DNA of 64,000 nucleotides from Owenia fusiformis. Lineage: Eukaryota. Shown here in pieces: positions 35,001 through 47,000 of this stretch; the stretch's first letter is position 1, and each line of letters opens with the position of its first letter. The stretch spans positions 28,582,001 through 28,646,000 of the forward strand of contig CAIIXF020000001.1 of assembly GCA_903813345.2 (NCBI GenBank). The letters are read 5' to 3'. The notes beneath the pieces are model-generated. The model saw nothing but the letters and a program-made list of their open reading frames with translations, was not told the origin of the DNA and made no database searches. The translations under genes were made by a program, and so were the position numbers.

Positions 35001-38000
35001 ACTTCATAAATATAAAGACAAAAGATTGAAGATATGATGAGAAAAAGAATGATCATCAAAAAGATCAAGCGATCGGTTGCCGTCACCAATCTAATTTAAT
35101 CTGATTTCTTAACTCTACCAATATTCACTCTTTCTAGTATGCCTTCTGCCACATTATATGAGGCACTATCATGATTTCCTAGGACAAATCTTCAGCTTCT
35201 ACTTATTTTAAGACACTGACACAAATTTTGATGGAATGGTGTTGAACTTTTCATGCATTTATATACTATAGAGCACAGGAGCTTTCATTCTCTTAAAAGA
35301 CCACAGAAAGCATCACAACAGATTTCAGACAGTCATATGTTGGATTTTGGCTGCTTTCTGAGGATTTAAACAGGTGCATGTGTTAGGCCAATGCATTTTC
35401 TCCAGGAAAAGTACTCATAGAGATGATAAAAAATTTAGACTTTGAGACAGGGAAGGTGAAAACAAGCCACCCACATGTTTTTTTTAAAATGTTGTCCTGA
35501 TTTTCAACCCCTTCCATCCCTGCTTTTCCATTTTTTGATGCATCAATATGTTGCATTTTGAGACACAGTTAACCCCTTGAAAGGAATATATGCATTCCTT
35601 TTAGATAAAGTGGAAAACAATATTTTCAATGTTATTTTCCCATAGGGAAAACTCATGCAATCTATTGTTTTCTGCTTAATTTTGGTCACCCATAACGGAT
35701 ATCTTTAAACCCCCTGAAGGAATGCATTATTCCTTTTAAAGGGGTTAACTGTGTGTCATAACACAACATATTGATGCAACAAAAATCGACCTATTACAGG
35801 GGTAGAAGGGGTTGAAAATCAGGACAACATTTCAGAAAAAATATGTGGGTTGTTTGCACCTTCCCTGTCTCAAAGTCTATATTACTTTATCATCTCTTAG
35901 CTATGAGTACTTTTCCTGAAGGAAATGCTTTGGCCTAACATAATATGCACCTGTTCAAATCCTCAGAAAATAGCCAAAATCCAACATATGACTGTCCGAA
36001 ATCTATTGTGATACTTTCTGTCCTCCTTTAAACAAATTTTACCATTTACATTTGAGAACCATTCATTTATCAATACTTCAAGAGCATGTTATAACTTCAA
36101 TGCTAAAGTCTATGAAATATTTTTTTAATATTTGGACTATCAGCATTATATATTTTGCTTGACTTACATTTTAGATAAAGCTTTACTACATTACTACTGA
36201 GCATAAATCTGTAATTTGTATCAAATCAAATAATGATCTGAAGTTTATGTTTCTTCCATGCAAAATAAAGTTGGTGAATTTTAGGTGTGTGTTTTCAAAA
36301 CAACAAAAAAAACTTTGCCAAATTTACTTTATATCTTAGCAATCTTTATCATATTCTCTCCAATAACACACTCTGTACAAAAAATGGCCACCATTTTGAA
36401 TTGAGCAGCAATACTGAAAATTCCCCCCCGAGCAGAGCTACTACTCCCATAAGGCATAAACCTATAAAATTTGAATGAAATCTGTCAACTGGTATTTGAG
36501 TTATCGCCTAGACAGACAGAAGAACAGATGGACGGACTTCTTGTAATATATAAATACACTGCCCCACATGTTTTGATTCAGAGCAACAGAGAAGCATACA
36601 ATCTTTACATATAGATAAATTCAGACTGACAGATGGATGGAGGCCCTTACTATATCCCTACAGATATCCGTCCACTAGTATTCAAGTTATCTTCTGGATG
36701 GACGAACATCTTGTAATATAAAAATACACTGCCCCACATGTTTTGATTCAGAGCAACAGAGAAGCATACAATCTTTACACATGGATAAATTCAGACTGAC
36801 ATTTGGATATCTACATCGGACTGGTGGACAGATGAATGGACAGATGAATGGATGAACGGAAGAATGGATGGCTTGTCTACATCCATCTTAAACGGATCGG
36901 ACGGAAGAATGGATGGCTTCTCTATATCCATCTCAAACTTTGTTCGGTGGGATAATCAACTGTTACAGAATCAATGAAAAGTGTTTGACATACAGAAATA
37001 AAAAAAAACAATGTTTAAAGTACTGTCATTGCCTGATGAGATCATTATGACCTCCTGGTCACAATTATTCTTCAAAATGAGCAGTGTTTGAGCAAGAGTG
37101 AATGACTCTGCAGCTGAGCAACCGCTATTAATAAACAAGGCATTAATATGCAAAATGTCATCTCTTGCTATTTGTTATAGACGCCGACCCAAAATGCCGA
37201 ACACAATCCACAAAAGAGTTGGAGACTATAACAATATGTCAAAACTACAGGTGGTGACATAAAAATCTATTTAAGCATCCACTTACATCAGCTAGGGCAT
37301 ACCCAGGTAGAACTCTGCACTTCACTTTCTCTAAGACATAACCATACATATCTTTACACTCCTGAGGAAGCAGGTTGCCATGGAAGTAAGTTTCAACCAT
37401 TAATCTGGATTTGAACTGCTCAACCCACCCTAGCAACATTGGCAGTGTGACATCATCAATCATTTGTCGTCTGCTCACAACCGTCCAATAAGATTGCATC
37501 AGAATCTCAATTCGGACTTCTCTATAATATTTGATGTATTTCTGTTTTATTATTTATTCACACAAATTAAAGCATGTAAACATTACAACTCCATTATAAT
37601 AACACACACCTCATTTTTTAAAATGATATATTTTTGATCAAACTAATGTTATTATTCATTAATAAGTTTGAAAACACATTTTTAGCCTGCCATTTAACAG
37701 ACTGATTAGGGGGGCTAAACACAGATCATCAACATATTGATGATATGTATGTCATACAGGATATAGAAAAGATCCTCATTGTTTACCTATTAAGTTTAGA
37801 TGGTTTTATCATTTGATTGAAGTAGGTTCTTGTGAGTGTCTCTTTGACAGCACCAAAGACATCCTGGTCCACTTTGAAGCCACTGAGGTAGTCTATGATT
37901 GTCTCAAACAGTTTCTAAAATAAACAGTCAACTACAAGGTACAGTACAGTAAACCTATATATCGGAACACATCTCTTATCTGAACACCTCTGAATGTAAA

Positions 38001-41000
38001 TACTTTTTCTTGGTGCTACTTTTGACTCACATATTAAGAAGCCATAAAATATGAAGACCTGTTAATGTGAGCACTTTTGGCTGGGCACAGTAGTATTTGG
38101 ATTGTAGTCTATTAGACAGGTTTTACTGTGATATAATGTGTTGATGTAATAGCGACATATGTTTACTGTGGATTTTCATGTGAGACACAGGTTCACTGGT
38201 GAGAACATAGGGGTGTTCACATAGTGAAATAGGTATTGTCGTTGGTAATTGATTCAGTTACAAACATTTTGGGAAATCTTGTACTGATGTATTTACTTAC
38301 TGGTAATTTGTGATTAAATCCACTGACTTTCACCACAAGTCCTATATCAGTTGGTTTGAAGGAGTAACTGGAAAACAAAGATAGAGATGCCTAATGAATC
38401 TGAAGTATTTAGAATTTACAATATTGATAACTCTATGTGAAGTAGAAGTGTTTAAAGTACAGGAAATCAGCACGTGAAAAAACGGACCCATCATGGGCAA
38501 TAACACTAACAGCCTACCAGGAGTACTTTTAAACTCATTAAGTTTCTCAACAACTTCAACCCACCTGAGTTCAGCAACATCAGCAGCATAGGCCACCTCA
38601 GCCAAATTCTGCTCTAGTATTAGGATAAAGAGATCTAGGAGGACGGCATCTAGGGCAGTTTTATTCACTACAGGGCTGATAAGGTGAACATGGATGTATG
38701 CTACAATACATAATATCCAACATATAACCAAAATGCTACTTAAAGTGGCAGCAAAGAGTGCAAAGGTGTTTTTTGTTGCCCAATCAAAAGCAAACTTGTA
38801 ATATGTAAGAATCTATTCTATGACATCAAAATGCTACAGTAAAACCTATCTAAAAGAAACACCTTTGGTACCTTTAAAAGTTGTTCACTTGGAAGGTGTT
38901 CCACTTATAAAGGTTCATTTAACAATATGTCAGTTGGTCTTAGGACTCTGACAAGCATTCCACTAACATAGGTTCATTTAACATAAAGTCAGTTGGTCTT
39001 GAAATGTGTTCCACTAACAGAGGTGTTCCACTTTTAGAGGTTCACTTTACAAGTTTCACTGTAATTATAATGATATATTTGTTTACCTTTGGGAACTTTG
39101 AACTTGGAGTCCTTCTTATACCATAATTTTCCCTGAGGAGTGTCAACTATTGCAGTTGGGTACTGAAACATGAAACTCCAAACTAGAATGTTGTCTAAAT
39201 ATGTAGATCGATGACAAATAATCAGAGTCCTTGTTCTTAGACATCATAAAGCACTAATATGACCTTTATGCCATCCATAAATATTACAATTGAAATATGT
39301 AAAATTATCAGGCCAATTACTGGCTGATACATATGAACTAAATTTAAGATCTGTTGTAAGACAGGGATTGCACTACAATATCTCAAAATGCCATCATTGA
39401 TTGACAATTATCAGAATGAAAATAACATTATTCACGTATTTACCTCTGTATTCAACTTTTCTTCCACTTCCTTGAGACTAAAATCAGATGCTGTAAAGAC
39501 AAAATTAATTCAAATTAGTCAAATATTCTGCCTTGACCTGTACTGAATCTCACATGCTAGTTTACTGTTTAATCATTAAAATGCAACAGTTGATCCCATA
39601 GGCTCACTCTGTGAGCCAAAAACAATATCAAGTAAATACACAAATTGTATTAGACCAGAACTTTGACAAAACAGAATCTGGGTACCTACCTATATACTCA
39701 TTGGCTGCAGGCAGGTGGAATTCTGGCCGAGGCTGTATATCTGAAAGTTAAAATTCCAGAACTAGACACAATCTCAGATTAAAGTGGCTTTAAGGGTTAG
39801 GCATTTTTTGCTTTATTTTATCAAATAAAATTTAAAAGAGCTTACCTGCCCATTGTGATATCCAATCATCTGGTATATCTGAAAAAACATCACAATCAGA
39901 TTAGATAGCAAATAAAAAGATGCAAATCAAATGTAGCCTTTAGAAACACAAATTTGTTCAATGTGAGATGTCACTTACTGACTGCATTATAAGGTGTCTG
40001 GTACCACTTTTCTTTCTCTGTACATTCCCCTGACTCTTCAAATCTCTTGGATACTAACATTATGTTTGCCTTGGATGGAACTAAACAATTCAAACATTCT
40101 GCTATCACCTACAAAGAAATGTATATACAGATTAGACCTGAGATTTCCCAAGATGTTCATTTCATGGCGACCTTACAGTGACCTCCTTCATGACCCACTT
40201 AAAATGATGTTTTTGGCAACTGTTATAACATTGAAAATTGTCTTTGTCTTTGTTATTTGTTGAAAGATAATTCCCATTTAGTTAGAAAACATTGATGCAA
40301 TGGAATTGGAAGCAAGGCATTAGCGTTGCTAGATACTAATGCAGATCATGAGTCACAACATAAAACAGTTACCATAACAAAAGTTACATAAAACTTAAAC
40401 TCAAAATTACACGATTTTTACACAGGTCGCACAGGTACCTATGCTTGCTCTAGTGTGAGGTGTATAAATCTACCATACATCACTCTTACTGTACTTACCT
40501 TGCTGTCATAGTCCATTAAAAGGTCTTCTCCGGTGAGGTAGTGTTCTGGAGGGAATAGCTGCATGTTCTCACATAACTTCTCTACATAATCCATTGGTTC
40601 CCTCTAAATACAAGTATACAAGTGTATACAAGTGTACAACATGGGTAATAATCATGAACACACTAAGGAGAAAGATATGAATGTCATGCATTTGGCCCTC
40701 TATTGTAATCTTTACTGTTATCTCTGTTACTAGTCTTGCATCTAACCTCTAGACCTATCTCCATTACCTTTTGTGGAGTGAATGGATACAGAGGGCATAG
40801 GTGACACAAGACCTTAAAGTAACACTATATTATGATCATCAGTAGGTACTTCTATTTTTCATTATTTCTTTCTTGTATTGATTTGATGAAAAATCAAACA
40901 AAATGTTTTGTTTGTTTTGCTTAAAGTGCCAATTCGGTAATTTCCATTTATTTTTCTTTACACAAATAGATTCAATGGGTATTGGTTGGTAGAAACAGTA

Positions 41001-44000
41001 TACCAACAGACTCACATCTTCATCTGATTGTCTTTCAGTGCCAAAATAAGATTTCCCGGAAAAAAAACATGACGTCACGATCAGAACCGGTTATGGATTT
41101 TAATCCGCAATGCATTATGCAACTCGAATGTAAATTCAAAAGTGTTCATGTTATACTGTGTTCTGATTGGCCAGAAAGGAGTAATACTTCTCAAAATCAT
41201 CTCATGGTTAAATGCCTTTTGGTTGTAAGATTTTAAACAGCACTGAGTTATGTAACAGGATCAACTCAACGTGTATAGTTGCTATACTGTATTCTGACTG
41301 GCCAGAATGTAATTCTGCATGACTAGCTTTGTGTAAACGCACCACAGGGTCGGAAGCTCTAATTGAGGTATTATATTTTTCGCTCATCGGAGGAAAAATC
41401 GTGGCTCCAAAGTAGTCAAAGTTGAATCATTTCCGTACTGCATTGAATGCAGTGGCAATCAATTACACTGACACTTTATAAGCACGTTCGGAGATCATAC
41501 ACTCTAGCAAAATGTTCAAAACCTGTTCTGATCGTGATGTCATGATTGGCACTTGACATTGGGTTCCCGATTTTGAACATCAAATTTCACATTTATAGAA
41601 AGATTTACAAGAACGGTACATGGTTTGACTTTTAAGTGGTATTTACTTCATTTAAAACATGTATAAATTGAATTTTGACTCCATTAGCATCGCACAGACA
41701 CTTTAAGGGCCACCACCCTCTTTACCCTGAAGCACACTGAACTTTGCCAACCAATTTAAAGACTGATTTTCAGTAGAGTTCATAGTTCTTAATCAAAATA
41801 CTGTATAATGTTTACCTGTTCTTGCCACCTGAAACTGTTGTCTTCAATGGTTTTGATTTCACTCCATATTCTCTCACAAGGTCCCTCATTTCTCAACATC
41901 TGTATGTACTCAAACAAAACACTCAAAACCTAAAATCATAAGGTTTTGAAAACATTACTTAGTAAACCTAATCAGAAAAGAATTGACCACAAGAAAATTA
42001 TTCTAAAGAAAGAATCAATATTGAAATATAAAGAGCCCTGGTTGCAGTAATATGACGTTTGGCTACTAGGTAAGGTTCATGGGTAAAATACTGTAGATAC
42101 ACTTAATTTAGCTCCCGTTTTAATTTGACGGATTGGGGGATTCAGAAAATCCGCCAAATTAAAAATCTGTCAAATTTCAGTTTGGAATTTTTGTCCAATG
42201 CACTTCAGAAATGAAACTTCAGGGGCCCCTTTCCTGTCAACATGTCATCAATTCTACATTATTCCAAAGGAAATACAGAAAATACCTTAGTAAACACCTG
42301 TCCTAATGACATATACAAAAACTAAACTTCAGTCCTGAATCCGCCAAATTAAATATTTACACCAATATTTGAAATTGAGCAAATCTGTCAAATTAAGAAG
42401 CGTCAAAATAAGTATATGTACAGTAATTGGTCAACAGAACATAAACACAGTTTGTGCAAATAACCAAGGTCTGACTGATGCCAATGTTTAAAATAGGAAA
42501 TGTGTACCTCCTGATAATGGTCCAGGCCCTCATCAGTCAATGTTACATTTATAGAGAAGGACGCCATGGTAGTGTTGTGTTCAAACCCTGTCTCTCCATT
42601 ACCACTGTCAAGCTTCAAAGCCCATAATCTAAAAACAGATTCCAAATATCCAAATCATGCAACAAGTCTATATGTTTTCCAGCCTCTAATTACTTTATTT
42701 CCATTCTTATCAATTGTTTCTTTTATCCACTTAGACAAATGGTAATTGATAACAAGCCACTAACTTGCAAAATGTAACCCTCAGCCATTTGTTACTCCGA
42801 CCACCAGACACCGTCACAAAAAGGTTGGAGAGTATAACAATATGTCACCACTTGTGGTGGTGATATAATAACCACAACATAATGATAGGTCCCCAGCTTT
42901 GCTAATTTTTCTTTAATAATTGGGTCATTTATTGGCAATTTAACTTTACATACAATTAAACAACTTAAAAAATAGACTCACTTCTTCCTGAGGTAAGATA
43001 GGATGCTACCCTTGCCCTCGTGTCCAGTTAGCCAGCCGATATAGTGCAGTGGTTTGGTTCTTAAAAATAATGGCACAAAATACAATACATTTATACTATA
43101 TAAATATTGAATGCTTTCATTGAAATTCATATTTATGTATATAAATTTATTTTTATCTTACTACTATAGCTTGGGGTATAGATCTCAAGATTTAGTTCCT
43201 TATTTGTTTTCGCTATCTGCTAGTACCCTTATGTACCCTTATTCTTGGTCACTTCAGAATCCAATAACATAATTTATAGGCCAAGCATTGTCATTCTGGA
43301 CCATGGATAAGGCCAAGTGCTCAACAAGGTTTCAAAGGCAGTTATTGGATGAAGGAAAAATGGTCTACTCACCTATAGTACTGCAGCTGGCAGGGAAGAA
43401 CCCATGTGACTTCTATTTGGTGCACATTCTTTATTGGAACCCCTACAATATTAAATATACAAATTGAAGTCTTCCTTTCAAGTGTCCCAGCTGTGTATTA
43501 TGCTTTAACTGTACAATCAAGTGTATCCTGGTATAATATAAAAAAGATGAACATATAATAATTTACCATGACACGAAGGGTACATATATAGACCTAAGAT
43601 ATCTTTTTATGGTCTGTTGAATATTTGATTGATAAAAAAAGAACATACAATGTTGAAGTTACTATATGAACTTACATTTATACATCTTGTAGAACCGATC
43701 ATTGTTAAAGGGAGATTCCAGATTTGCGAATGATGGTTTGTCTTTTCCACTGAAATATAAATACATAAAACATTAAAATGACTACCATTACTTCAAAATA
43801 CAGGTGGAGCATTAAACCTTTATTAAAGATTACACATGAATGAAAGTCGAACTTACTTATGAGTAACAGGAGCAAATATTTCTCTCACCCATTTCTCCAA
43901 AGTATCCAAGGAATCTAAAGAAAATAGAAAGCATTAACATGACCAAATGTCATTAAAAGTTATTGCAAATGGTTAATATAAATACAGCACAGTCTCTACA

Positions 44001-47000
44001 ATTGGAAGTTGTAAGAATTTGCTGAACTCAGAATGGCGACCACTGTCCACAAATAAAAATTGACAGTAACTTTCGAAAATGTTTCAGTTTTACAGTATTC
44101 ACAGCATTCCTTATCATGTCATGTCCAACAGGTTTTTTTAAAGTTTCCTATTTCAAGATTATGCCTTTATGTGGGAACCAAACTATCTATTTCATGTATT
44201 TGGGAAATTGAGAATCAAAAATTAAGATCGAGTAAAGGCCATCTTTAAAAGTTGATGTACTACAGGTATTACAAAACAATTTCAATGACAGCCTTTTGTG
44301 TGGGGTACTAAATGTTTCTTACGTCTAGATTGTACTGCGAGAGTCATATAGTGGGAGGAGTACATGTTCTTGTGGAAAGTTTGAAGCCTCTCATAGATGT
44401 CTATGTTATTAGCTGCTGGATCTTCCTTTAGGCTTTTAGTGTTACCTAGAATAGGATCCAAACAAAAATATAAATAATCAAACCTTACCAAAAACAGCAC
44501 ATTCTTCACAAAAATACTGAAATATGAGAACAAAATCAACAATTTAATAACATATATTGTATTGTATTTTGGGCATCTTTCAAGATCTCGTAATGCTGAA
44601 CATAAGAGATATTATCACTACAAAAAGTGTTTGTTCTCCCCTCTTTCTGTAACAATCACTTGCTGTCCATTTTTCTTATTATAATAAGAATGTGCCTTTG
44701 TCTTGATTCTGTACGTACCCCACATGAATTTTCCCATGGGATGCCCAGGGGCTGCAGTCGTTCCCATCAACTGCTGCTTCTTGGCATTGTCTGATGCTGT
44801 ACTCATATCAAACTCTAAAATAATGTGATTTAATATTAGATATCCAAATCCATTGTGTGCTTGTGTTCTGCTCTAGTACAAATGTCCAATCCAGTGGATG
44901 CATCCTCTTTCTATTAAAATATTGAATAAGTTCTACAGGTACTGAAACAAGCAAATTCATTTCCTGCTTTAAAAAATGTTTTTCATTACTTCATTAAAAT
45001 CAAATTCTACCGTGCTAAATTAATTAGTAATCCAAACAAGTCATTAACCTGCAAAATGTCACCACCTGCTATTTGTTACAGATGCCGTAATTTGTTACAG
45101 ACACCAATGCTACAGACGCCAAACACCATTCACAAAAAGTTGGAGACTATAAAAATATGTCACCACTTCTAGTGGAGACATAAAAATCATTTAAATGACC
45201 ATACCACTATCAACAGCCTTTGTTTCTCTATCAACACTGTCCTGCTTCATGAGGGGCGAGATAAAGAATTGAGCAAACCTATCTAAGCCATCATAGAATT
45301 GCTGTCTTTGTATGTCAAAGTAAAACACTGTCTGAAATACAATCAAGACAATCTTACAGATCAGTTAAACAATTGTAAAAAATATTATCTTTACGACCAA
45401 AATGATTTGTTGCTCTGAGTTAGTGTTACGCATTGAATTATATAACCAAGCCTCGGTCGGTACGTTCGGTTCGAAAACTCCGATGTTCGGTTTTTTAACG
45501 GTTCGTTAATTCAGAAAAAAGTGCCGTTCGCTAAAGTAGAGGAAGCTGAATCTCGAAATCTATTTCGAAGATTTCAGCATTCTAAACGCTCAAAAGTCGT
45601 ACAAGGCCCACTGTTGGGGTTATTTTGGATTTCCAACGAGAGATGGTGTTCCTCTCCCAGGAAAGAACGATATGCCGGCTTTGCAAAATCATTATGGTAT
45701 ATGAGAAAGGTACGTGTGAAAAAATGTGAAAATTTGCTGTCTGCAGAAATAGAGTAGATCAGAGTTATACATGCTCCCGGGCCGCTTATTTATTATGAAA
45801 TCGCGCCATCTATTTATCATCGCATTAATAAAATACAATACAAAGTTAATGATTCATTTGTAAATAAAACTGACTTAGATCAGAGGTAAACATGTTCCCG
45901 GGCTGCTCATTTAAATAATGAAATCGCGCCATCTTTTTGAGTTATTTGATTTTTTACATTAAAGTGCGATAAGAACCGAAAACTGAACCAAAACCGAAAC
46001 CGAGGAGATAAAAACCTTGAACCGAACCGAACCGAGGAATTATGAAACCGTGAGAGCCCTAGTTTTGATGTGTGTAAGGTTCAACCACATAACAAATTTA
46101 ATTGTATGCAATGTAATATAACCAGAGACATATCTGTGATTTAACTAAAGAATGACAAGAATAGAAAAAATTATAGCATACCCTCTCACAGTCGGTAAAT
46201 GCATTGTCTGAGCCACCATACTTCCTGATAAACATATCAAAATCATTCTCATCTGGATATTTCTCACTGCCCATGAACACCACTGGAATAAAATATATAA
46301 TATGAATGTGAATATTATCTTTAGCACATTAAATAATGAAACAAATCAAATAAATCAGAAATGAAAAAATACTAGTGTATGTGCCTTTATTATTTGAATA
46401 TATCATATGGTAACTGTTATCATCAGGGCATCTGAACTGCTAAAGGCTTTCTGTAGTCCATGGGTTTTTCTTACAGCTAATAAACAATATTAGAATGAAT
46501 AGTGGAACTTGTTAAATTGTTGTCAAGCTGCAGCTTATGCCCATTTTGTATCTTGCAGTTCCACAAAGATATTCTAATATTTCAAAACATTGTATTGAAT
46601 TGAATTGAATTGAATAATGACTTACTGTGTTCCAAGAAATGAGCTAGACCAGGGATGTCATCTGGTTCACTAAAGCTGCCCTGCCCAATACACAGTGCAG
46701 CTGCAGACTGAAATGTTAAGATAAAATGACTCACTATAAATACATGTACAGTAAAATCTACTAACTATAAATACATGTACAGTAAAATCTACTAACTATA
46801 AATACATGTACAGTAAAATCTACTAACTATAAATACATGTACAGTAAAACCTTTCCAATCTGAACACTACTGGGACTGATCAAAAGTGTTCAGAATAGCA
46901 CAGGGTTCTCACTAGGCTTTTAGACTCCAGAGATTCTCCGGAGTCTTATATGTCTTAAACCCTTCTGCTCCAGAGTCTAATAGATTTTCCGGAGTCTAAA

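Larger units (their letters stand above)
31830..36956 (+). mobile_element. Outer Helentron/HINE-like non-autonomous element with nested cargo
   Basis: Starts ACTAGA. Subterminal inverted repeat ATCCCACCGAACAAA (31862-31876) / TTTGTTCGGTGGGAT (36939-36953). Internal AAAATGG..GCCATTTTGAA repeats stop at ~32468 and resume at ~36376. GACAG/GGATG microsatellite-like tract near the 3' end. Confidence 0.75.

Noticed and set aside
39690-39878. Nardilysin micro-exons 16 and 17 as mutually exclusive duplicates (both start TTTCAG/ATATAC)
   Set aside because: Similarity ends after a few bases, and both are needed for the expected IP..W..W...FHLP..N.YI sequence.
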